Shown piece by piece: positions 54,873 through 64,000 of a stretch of DNA of 64,000 bases; positions within the stretch are counted from its first letter, which is position 1; every line of letters begins with the position of its first letter. A model generated the notes under the pieces. It searched no databases and was not told where the DNA came from. It saw only the letters and a program-made list of their open reading frames with translations. The stretch is from Picochlorum sp. SENEW3 (taxonomy: Eukaryota), in contig CP120462.1 of assembly GCA_034226945.1 (NCBI GenBank), forward strand, positions 682,001 through 746,000, read 5' to 3'. A program made the position numbers and the translations under genes.

Positions 54873-55460
54873 ATGATGAAGAAGGTGTTGCTTTTGGTCG
54901 GTGCCACCGCGGCCGTGTCTGCCCAAGGGGTGACCGCGGGAGATATTTACTCTCCTGGTTCTGCATCTCTTGCCGAGGGATGGATGACAAAGGGCGTAGA
55001 TTATGAAGTAGACTTTGAATCCAATTCCCAGGGATCCTTCATGTGGATGGATGTGTATGATGATGGAGAGGTTCGCTTTGTGACCACCAAGGGCCCAGGC
55101 AAGCATGGCAGCAGTCTCGAAATCACATCTCAGGACTGTGGTTTTGATGGAGCATCCTTCTCTCTTGTGGATTCAAGTACCAAGATAGCAAGTCCAGAGA
55201 TTCGCATGTCCAGCGTAAAGGAGGAGGCCTCCTATTTTGGATCCACCACATACTCAAATGGTGCCTGTCAGATATCAATTGACCTCCAAAAGCTGGTTGA
55301 GCACGGATCAAATATGGATTGGGATACACTTGTATTCAGGGATCTCTCTGGAGATGGATTTACTACGGATGTCGAGTCCATGTATGTTTCATCCGCCACT
55401 GCCGATGAATCGACGGTGTCCAAGGATCTTCGACAATCAAACAGGAAACTCAAGCTCTGA
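54873..55460 (+). CDS. Secreted protein with a putative carbohydrate-binding (beta-sandwich) domain
   Basis: Signal peptide MMKKVLLLVGATAAVSAQ. IY......LAEGW at the start and WDTLVFRDLSGDGF near the end resemble galactose-binding-like CBM patterns (recognised from memory). Confidence 0.65.
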   Translation: MMKKVLLLVGATAAVSAQGVTAGDIYSPGSASLAEGWMTKGVDYEVDFESNSQGSFMWMDVYDDGEVRFVTTKGPGKHGSSLEITSQDCGFDGASFSLVDSSTKIASPEIRMSSVKEEASYFGSTTYSNGACQISIDLQKLVEHGSNMDWDTLVFRDLSGDGFTTDVESMYVSSATADESTVSKDLRQSNRKLKL

Positions 55461-55575
55461 GTTACTGCTCGTACACTGTAATCCTTATTGTTTCTTTTCG
55501 TATTATTACGTTTGCATCCAAAAATGCATGTAAATTATAATTTCTAATAGTTTGATTCGTGTGGAGAACGTCACA

Positions 55576-56715
55576 ATGAGCGGTGGTAAGAAGCGACTTT
55601 GCAATTCGTGCAAGGATGCAAGAGCAGTTTTGCGCCGCCCAAAAACCATGGATAGCCTCTGTCGAGAATGCTTCTATGAAGCATTTGAGACAGAAGTACA
55701 TGAGACAATTATGAAATACAATTTGTTTCGGCCAGGGGAAAAGGTAGCTCTGGCTGCAAGTGGAGGGAAAGACTCTACTGTTCTGGCTCACGTTGTGACG
55801 ACATTGAACGCACGCTATGGATATGGATTAGACTTGTTACTTCTTAGCATTGACGAAGGAATATCTGGATATCGAGATGACTCTCTGGATACAGTGAAAC
55901 GTAATGAGGAGACGTATGGGATACCCTTGCATGTGTTTTCATACAAGGATTTGTATGGTTGGACCATGGATGAGATTGTAGAGGCTGTGGGTAAGAAGAA
56001 TAATTGCACCTTTTGTGGAGTCTTTCGTCGACAAGCGTTAGATAGAGGTGCTCATCTGGTGGGAGCGACAAAGATGGCCACGGGTCACAATGCAGATGAT
56101 ATTGCAGAGACTGTCTTGTTGAACTTGTTGAGATCTGACGTGCCACGATTAGGGCGGTGTTCCTCTGCGATAACGGGGGATGAATGCTCGCTTCCTCGAG
56201 TCAAACCGTTCAAGTATACGTATGAGAAGGAGATTGTGATGTATGCATATTTCAAAAGGCTGGATTATTTTAGCACAGAGTGCAAGTATTCCCCATTTGC
56301 GGCAAGGGGGCTTGCAAGAGAGTTTGTCAAGGATTTGGAGGCTGCGCGACCGAGAGCGATTATTGACCTGGTCAAGAGTGCTGAGAGATTGCGAATAAAG
56401 GATTCAGAAAAAATTGTGATGAGTAAGCCAGGTACTTGTAGGAACTGTGGATACCTAAGCAGTCAGGATGTCTGTAAAGCGTGCATTCTCCTTGAAGGGC
56501 TGAATAAAGGTATTCCTCAACTGGGTATTGGAAAGTCTAGAGGTGGCAGTAGAAATAGAGCATTGCAGCGCAGTAACAATGAGAAAGCCAAATCTTCAAA
56601 TGGATCCTGCGCAAATGGGGCGCCATGCGATTGCAAGCAATCATCACATCTCACCCATAACTATCTGAAGAATGTCGAGAAAATTGAAGCACATCCTGCT
56701 GCTCGTTTCACCTAA
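55576..56715 (+). CDS. CTU1: Cytoplasmic tRNA 2-thiolation protein 1
   Basis: Cxx[14 protein letters not shown] (PP-loop), [44 protein letters not shown] and [11 protein letters not shown]. Confidence 0.96.
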   Translation: MSGGKKRLCNSCKDARAVLRRPKTMDSLCRECFYEAFETEVHETIMKYNLFRPGEKVALAASGGKDSTVLAHVVTTLNARYGYGLDLLLLSIDEGISGYRDDSLDTVKRNEETYGIPLHVFSYKDLYGWTMDEIVEAVGKKNNCTFCGVFRRQALDRGAHLVGATKMATGHNADDIAETVLLNLLRSDVPRLGRCSSAITGDECSLPRVKPFKYTYEKEIVMYAYFKRLDYFSTECKYSPFAARGLAREFVKDLEAARPRAIIDLVKSAERLRIKDSEKIVMSKPGTCRNCGYLSSQDVCKACILLEGLNKGIPQLGIGKSRGGSRNRALQRSNNEKAKSSNGSCANGAPCDCKQSSHLTHNYLKNVEKIEAHPAARFT

Positions 56716-56769
56716 TGCTACATACTTTCTTGCTTCTATACATGTATATCGAAATATTCAATGTTATTA

Positions 56770-59700
56770 TCATACAGGAGGATTAGGATAGACAACCATC
56801 AAGGCTGTCTTTGACATCACTTTCCAAGTGATGGGGGATTGTTTGGAAACACGTGTTGCTTTGCCAAAGAGAGCCTGCTCGTCGACTTCTGTCATCCAAG
56901 GGATTGCGGCTGGAGCTCGCATGACATTGTCCTTCGAAATAATCTGTTCATCATCTTGTACATTTTGATCTGTTTTGAGGTGGCCTACCATCAGAATCAT
57001 AGTACAATCCTGTTGTATTGATTCCCCGTGATCAAAGTACAGCACGTGGGCCATGTTGAGACTTTTCTTCAGTCGTTGAGCCATCTTCTGCACACAATTT
57101 GTGGCTTTTTTGAATCTGATAGATTCTTGATGATGTTCATATGGTCCAGGAAGCACGCCATCTACGCCGATAAAGTCTTGAGAAAATATCTGATGCAAAC
57201 CTATGCTCTTGTTCCTCCCATCTTGTTGCCACTCTGGTGCATTTGCATGTATAGACCTCTCAGCAAATGGAGATTTGAAACGATCGACATTGGTTTCTCT
57301 CTCTCTTTCCATCTCTCTCTTTTTAATGTGCTTCAGTATCTCTAGAGTGATTGGAGCCTCGAGGTCATAAAAAACATGCAGGGAGGCAGCTTTGATCCAA
57401 CCTTGCACTACATGAAGGAACGCTCTTGAGCCTTTCTCTGCTCTCAGCATAATTTCGTCAACTTTATCCTGAGGAATGTGAAAAATAGCAGGTCCTCTGC
57501 CTAACGCGTTGCCAGATGCTACCAGGCTCTCTGTCCCCCTTAATGATGTAAGATGAAGTGCTTGCAGCACACCAATGCATGATTCAGGACCGCAAAACTT
57601 CTCTCTCTCTACAGAATTCAATCTCCTGTGCTGCTTGGCCACACCGTGCATAATATAAATGATACCAGGTCCCTGGCTTGCCGACATGTCATCTGTATGA
57701 AAGATGATTTCCCCTGGTTTGCACTCTTTGATGGTTCCCGTCTCCCACAGTTCGTTGAATATGTCCTTCTCCAGTGTGGCAAATGGCTTTAGCGCCCGTA
57801 TGCCGTCCTTATATCGCGGGGGTCTCCATATAGGGCCGACCACTTCCAGTCGTTGTAGCTTTCTACCCACCTTTTCACACACAAATTCGCATTCACCATG
57901 GTTGATAATGCCTTGAGCATGGATCTCATGGAGGAAGTCTAGCATCTTTTTCATCACAACGATGCCTGCACGATAGGATTGAATTGCCCTAAATGTATCT
58001 GGAGCTTCTATTTCTCTCTCAATAATAAAGTTATATGATCGCTGCGATTCAAGTTCTACTTCCTCCAAGAGAGGCAAGGTATAGTCACCATGCAACCTCA
58101 GCCACTGCACATGTGAACTTGAATTCAATGCCAGATTATATTCTATGGCAACCTCACATCCCAAAAGCACTCTTCTGCCAAGATATCTACGGCACAAAAT
58201 ACCAGCGAGTGCATAAGGATAATGCAAGACCTTTTTCACAATTGGATTTGCAGATTTGAATTTTATCGAGCCATGAAGAGCCAGGGAGGCAATCACTTGT
58301 GTTATCAAAGATCTGCTGATCTTTTTTACCAATATATCCCATACCCCAATCTTGCTATAACTCGTTATCTCCATTTTCTCATCGCAAGCGCCTACTAAGA
58401 TTCGGAAGGCTTCATCAGAAATCTTGCCAAGGTGTCGACTTTCATGAAACCTTGTCTTGAGGCCTTCAGTGATTCTGGACCTGATCTCTTGCAATGTATT
58501 TAATCGCAGACTGTATGTAAGTATGTACAAGAATTAGAAAATATACTAAAGTTTGTTTGTCTCGAGTGAACATGACTAACCACAGCAAATACCTAAAACA
58601 GAAAACGCACCCATGTACAATTCCATCTTGCCTCATGCCTGTTGCAGCATCAGGCGCTCTACTAGATTCTTTGCCATTTACAGTTCCGCTCTCCTCATCC
58701 GAATCATCCGAGTCTGTTATTTCGCTCATGTCTGAAATTGTCCTCAACCTATTGGAGACATCGTCTGGACCCTTGAGAGTGGAAAAGTCCCTGGGAGTAC
58801 CATTTCTGCCATGTGCATGGCCTCTCAAACTGTGAGACATCACGGTGGGTCTTTCAGCGCTATCTTCTTGTGCTCTGAAATATATCGATTGAGATGAATA
58901 ATACCTACCGTGTGAAACAATTCAAGTGCATATCACGTACCTCCCAGTGGTGGTGGAATTTGAATCCTTTGCTGTGTCAGTCATTGCTCTGCCGAAAAGA
59001 TCAACCTTTCTCGAATAAGATGTCATACGTTCCGTTGGATCATTTGGAGATCTTTCCCTATACTTCTCACCCGTTATAGAATTTAGGGTACGCTGCTCCA
59101 TGGAACCATGGCTACTGTCACCTCTTAATTCTGCCGACCTACTGTCCTGAGAAGAGTTGTTGACGTCTGCTAGGTACTGTACCAGCTCATTATATTCTGG
59201 ATGATTATCTCGTCGAAAATCATCAGCCCTTTCATCAATTTGACCCTGAATCAAGCGAGATGAGAGAGTCCTTGCTTGTTGTATTTGACTTCCTTGAAAG
59301 TTTCCTGAAGAGGGTAGCGTAGGGTCCAAAAAGTCCTTACCCTGGGCATCTGCTTCCGATCCGGGGTGTTCCTTCTTCCTGGCCTGCTTCAAGTTTTTGA
59401 ATAAATTATCCCTTCTCGAGCCTGCTAAGCATACTTGATCAAAATCGCTCTCTTTGACATCTATACCTCCACCATCAGTATATTGAATACTTGACATGGT
59501 TGTCTGCTCCAGACCATATTTCGCCGACCCAGTCTCAAGATCACTGCATCCTTGTGTGATAATAAAACTTGAATTCTTTTCATCAATGATTTGCTCGCTT
59601 TGGAACGGGCATTCGGTGAGCAAGGTTTCGAATGCAGGCGTTGACTCATCTGATGATCCCCATTGCTGGGATGAAGAATCCTGAGAGCCTTGGGACTCGC

Positions 59701-61666
59701 AGCCTTTTGATCTGGGAGAACAAAGAAGCATTCTGAAAACATCTATAAGGAATCTTTTCAAAGAATTCCATAGTGCTTTGCCAAGGACAAGCACCACAGA
59801 CCACAGGGAGTTCTGGTCCAGTTCAACTGTTTCCGAGGTCCCCTTTCCTAGCGAGTCATCATCGACCTCGGAGATATCCTCCACATTCCCAAAATCACGC
59901 AAATCCTTCGATAAATCAACATACTTGGCGATGACATCCCAGTCAGCCCCGGAAAGAAGCTCATCATCATCATCCCCATCTCGAAGTTTTTGAATAATCT
60001 CCGTTGTATTGTCCAATATTATTGTTTTCGCCGTCGCTTGAATGTGTCGAGATGCTTCCGGTATTGTATTTAGCTTCAAAATTGAAAGCAATGGAGCGAT
60101 GCATGGCCCATTCACAACCAATGTCAGCACAACAAACCAGGCAGTCCAAAGAGACATGTCTGCTTTTATAGTCCTCATCTCAGTCGCATAGGATTCTGAT
60201 ATCGTCAATTCACTATCCACCAAGTTAATATAATTCCTTCCACCTGACAGAGACGACACGAGAATCAAGGAGACAGCCCCCCTCAGTCCTGACCATCCAG
60301 TAAACATAATTTCTGCAACCGACAGAGACTTGCCAACCAAATGAAAAATTGGATTGAAAATTGCAATGCAGAATGTTCTGATGACCAACATGAAAATGTA
60401 GATCAAAGGAATAGATACAAATGTCATTGCGTCCGTGGGCGTCTGAGATATTGTCCGGATGACATATGTTAAAGATGCAACTCCAGCCCAGAAAAAAACC
60501 AAGCCATTGGCTGCAAATGAAATCGCCTCCCATATTGCTTTGAACTCCCCAGTCTTGACAGCAGATCCTGTCATACCCCACATAGACATCCAATTACCGA
60601 ACAAACCAAATGTAACAACTGCAATCACTCCAGAACCACCTGCAGGAGCGTTTGTGACATAATAGGTCAAGTATGCCATGGCCAAAACATACACAGCTTC
60701 AATATGAAGCCCCGCTCCTCTCCATCTCAACCAACGAAGGATGTAAAGTGATATGATAGAGAATCCGAGCCCAATGCCTACCCCAATTGCTGACAGCTTG
60801 ATGATATCCACAATAATGGTAGGAATCACACTCCAAACTGTAGGAATTGCATTGCTATACTGGTCCCTGTTTGTGTCAAGAATGCCCTCAAACACCTGAA
60901 AAAGCGTGATTCCAGTTGCATCATTCAGCAGTGACTCCCCTTCCAGAATGGTGGTCAAGATTGCAGGACCATGTGCTTTTTTCAAAATAGAGGAGACTGC
61001 CAACGCATCAGTCGGTGCTATTATCGCTGCAAACAACGCCCCATGTACCCATGTCCAGCCATTATATTGAAATCCAAGAACAAACAGGATCAGCGGCGTC
61101 AGAATAATTGCCGTCAGAATAACCATGACAACAGCAAGCATGATGGAATGCATGAACATCTTCCGAAACATGTAAAATTCTATATGAATCGCTTGCTCCA
61201 CTATCAATGGCGGCAGAAAAGCGTATAGAAATAAATCACTGGGAGCAACTGACAGCCATTGTGTGATACTGTTGCCCAATTGCAGCATATCTACATAGTA
61301 ATGAAGAATACCCAAGAGGGCACCAACCACCAGGACATACACTGTCGACAGCTTTCCGAACAAAAGACATGCTGCTATCAGAGCGATACCAACGAATAAG
61401 AATGCATCGTATCCTCGCGATGGAACAATACAGTAGTTCATCGCCCCTGGTATATGCACCCTGTTAGCCAGGGTAACGTTGAGCAAGTAGCACAGCGTGG
61501 GAGACCACAACTGTGGATGATCAACGAAGCCATATATACTAGGAGGATTCGTAACATTTAAATTTTGAGCTTCACATACAGTCTGCTCAAAGGCGTCAAC
61601 GTATTCGAAACAGGTACCGTTGTTTCCCAACGTACTCAGTTCGTCTGCTGCTCCGAGGCCACTCAT
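56770..61666 (-). CDS. SOS1: SOS1/NhaP-like Na+/H+ antiporter (paralogue 2)
   Basis: FLPPLI, APTDALAV, LEGESLLNDA, SGVIAVV, WSGLRGAVSL, LTLVVNG and GADW. Introns 58875-58940 and 58511-58610 join three ORFs in frame. The C-terminus is cNMP-binding-like. Confidence 0.9.
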
Positions 61667-62034
61667 GATCAAGATACGAGTTCACGCATCATGAGAATCG
61701 CATAACAATAGATAAAGAATAAGAATTGTACTTTTTTGAATTTTCGCGGACCCAGTCGTACTACCATTCTCCAGAATGGAATGGGCCGGATCTAAAGTTC
61801 TGATTACGGCATGCCTTTCACATCGACGCAGCAGGCATGCATGCCGCATATGCGGAGCAACTGATGGTGGATACCCATCATGCTGGGCACATTGGGAACA
61901 ATAATGGGTATATGTATGTACACTCTACATCTGTGACTTTTATTTACAATACCGAAAAGAGATGACAAGTCATACCAGGGAAAAAAGCCCTTGTGAAAAG
62001 TGCTACAACAAACAATGAGGAAACAAGACAGCAT

Positions 62035-62388
62035 TCATTCTGCTGCTTCCTTTCCTCCCCCTTTGCTCGTACTCTGGTCATGTGCTATCTTCCTACTCAG
62101 CTGATACAGTCCTGTTGCGGCCATGAAGGCATTTACAGCGAGCAAATTGTAGTTTACAGGATTAATCTGTGTGCTGAACCTGGTCCAAATAAGCCCTGTG
62201 GCAGTCACAGCAATTTGCTGGGGATATGATATAAAGTCTGCAGGTCTTTGAAAATCAGCAATATTTGCAATGGTGATACACCATTTGAACGTCGGTGCCC
62301 AAAAATGGATGGTTTTTGGTCCGGCAGGATGATTCCAAAACGCCTGCAGTCTACCAGCGAGACTGCGAGATGTATTGCTCGCAGCCAT
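62035..62388 (-). CDS. MPC2: Mitochondrial pyruvate carrier (MPC2-type)
   Basis: FWNHPAGPKTIHFWAPTFKW, ATGLIWTRFS and PVNYNLLAVN. ATG at 62388. Confidence 0.93.
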   Translation of the reverse strand: MAASNTSRSLAGRLQAFWNHPAGPKTIHFWAPTFKWCITIANIADFQRPADFISYPQQIAVTATGLIWTRFSTQINPVNYNLLAVNAFMAATGLYQLSRKIAHDQSTSKGGGKEAAE

Positions 62389-62581
62389 GGTAGTAGATAT
62401 CTGTTGTAATTTGTGTCTATTTAATGAGTCGCAACAGGGCAAGGGTCGCATGCGTATGTGGGTTCTTGGGAGGAGAACATGGAGAAAATTCCGTAAATAA
62501 ATACTATTCAAATTTCATAACAAACACAATGAATGCGAGCGACACCCGTACAGGTGTCAACTCGAAACGTACCATGAATGA

Positions 62582-63871
62582 ATGGAAAGCATACGTGAGA
62601 CCAAGACAACTGCTCCGGTGAACGGAGTTGGAGGTGCGAAGACGAAAACAACGAAAACGACAACAGTCAGCTTTTCTGAACCCACGGGTAGTTTTCCGTT
62701 GGTCATCTCTGCTGATATTGACTGGAATGATTTAAAAGCAACGCGGCTAGACCCGTTCCTCTCGCGGCTCAAAGAACATGCCGTACTTGGGGCAGCAAAG
62801 GGTTTGTCAGCCATAGTCTCTGAGAACTCGAAACGACGCGAGGGATGTCGCCTGTGCGATTTTGGCGCAGACGTGGCTGTCACGTCGGCGAAAGTGTTCC
62901 TAGGATTGGATTTGGAGGCATTTTGTAGGGATGTCGTGGTTGCCATGGTCGAAAATAACCATTTTGTAGCAGTAGCCAAAGTTCAGCATAGAGCATTGAA
63001 CAGCGGTGCAGAACAACTCGTCCAGCAATTAAGTGTATCATTGTTATGTTCCGGGCATGCGCGGCATGCATCGTTAGTTACAAATGCGTTTATTGAAGAA
63101 TGCGAAAGGGTCGGCATGAGTCACAGAGAAATAGCAGCAGCCTTGTCAAATGCTGTGATTGCTGCTGTAGACTGCCATCATGGATGCGCTGTTGCGCGTG
63201 TTCAGAAAAAGATGGTCGAGAATGGTCATTTTGATATTGTCAAGGAACTCACAATCTATATTGGCGAGTTCGCAGGCAGACCTGATGTGGTTGCCATTGG
63301 CACTTTGGATGCCATGAAAATTGATGGTGGGCAAGAAATGGCAGCCAGCGTTGCAGCAGCTGCCATGGCCCAGGGAAGTATTGAGAGCGTCGCCCATGCG
63401 GCATCCATCATGTATGCTCAAACTCATTTAGACATGACCGATGTTGAAAACAATACAACGATCGAATGGGATGAGCAGGGAAAAGTATGCGAAACTATTG
63501 CTCTGGCAGCCATTGAAGGCATTGAGGTACACAAACAGCCTCTTGCTGTGGTTCAGGTCAGTCATCACATGTGGACCCAAGGCCATGGCCACGCCGTAAC
63601 TCGGGCAGTCAAGTACATGGTAGACACCGGTCACTCGTGCCCAGCAGGCCTTATATCGTTGGCAGCAATGACCCATGGATACGTTAGAGTATCTGTATGG
63701 TTGCTCTTTGACATGCTCCAGTCTGGATATGTCATTGCTGTAGTAGTTGTTGCTCTGCAGGCACTCTACCATGCTGTGTGGACTTGGATAAACCCATGGA
63801 ATCGCATACAGACCAGAATAGTGCGTGCAAATAGCATCGCATCCCATCCAATTGACTCAAAAGACGACTGA
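62582..63871 (+). CDS. Uncharacterised helical-repeat protein with a C-terminal hydrophobic segment
   Basis: 429-aa A/V/H-rich ORF with recurring units ending in GH/NH/GY. Confidence 0.72.
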   Translation: MESIRETKTTAPVNGVGGAKTKTTKTTTVSFSEPTGSFPLVISADIDWNDLKATRLDPFLSRLKEHAVLGAAKGLSAIVSENSKRREGCRLCDFGADVAVTSAKVFLGLDLEAFCRDVVVAMVENNHFVAVAKVQHRALNSGAEQLVQQLSVSLLCSGHARHASLVTNAFIEECERVGMSHREIAAALSNAVIAAVDCHHGCAVARVQKKMVENGHFDIVKELTIYIGEFAGRPDVVAIGTLDAMKIDGGQEMAASVAAAAMAQGSIESVAHAASIMYAQTHLDMTDVENNTTIEWDEQGKVCETIALAAIEGIEVHKQPLAVVQVSHHMWTQGHGHAVTRAVKYMVDTGHSCPAGLISLAAMTHGYVRVSVWLLFDMLQSGYVIAVVVVALQALYHAVWTWINPWNRIQTRIVRANSIASHPIDSKDD

Positions 63872-64000
63872 TGACAATGCATTGGCCATCACGTACTTTC
63901 ATGTGTATTTAATACAAACAGAAAAGTATCACCATCCTTTTTTGATATCGAAGATTTTCTCGGAAAGAATACAATAGTATGACAGGACATTGGATATCTC

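Overview
Gene-dense eukaryotic nuclear DNA. It has about 37 protein-coding genes in 64 kb, short GT-AG introns (mostly 65-100 nt), spacers often under 120 nt, and TGTAA poly(A) signals after stop codons. Plastid-type genes (EPSP synthase, Rubisco-LSMT-like SET protein) and plant-type families (RR-TZF CCCH, F-box Tubby, SOS1) are present. Together these indicate a compact green-algal (chlorophyte) genome. A Picochlorum-like trebouxiophyte is my inference, not something the sequence proves. I found no rRNA, tRNA, CRISPR array or transposon. Most notable: (1) a secreted AA15-type lytic polysaccharide monooxygenase with Pro-rich linker and CBM14, reconstructed across two introns and head-to-head with a secreted CBM-like protein; (2) a multi-pass membrane (UPF0658-like) + PH + TKL kinase fusion; (3) two SOS1-like Na+/H+ antiporters sharing an N-terminal Cx19C module; (4) clusters of perfect palindromes in the longer intergenic regions; (5) co-oriented genes only 24-58 nt apart, suggesting overlapping or polycistronic transcription. 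Family assignments come from motif recognition by eye, not database searches.
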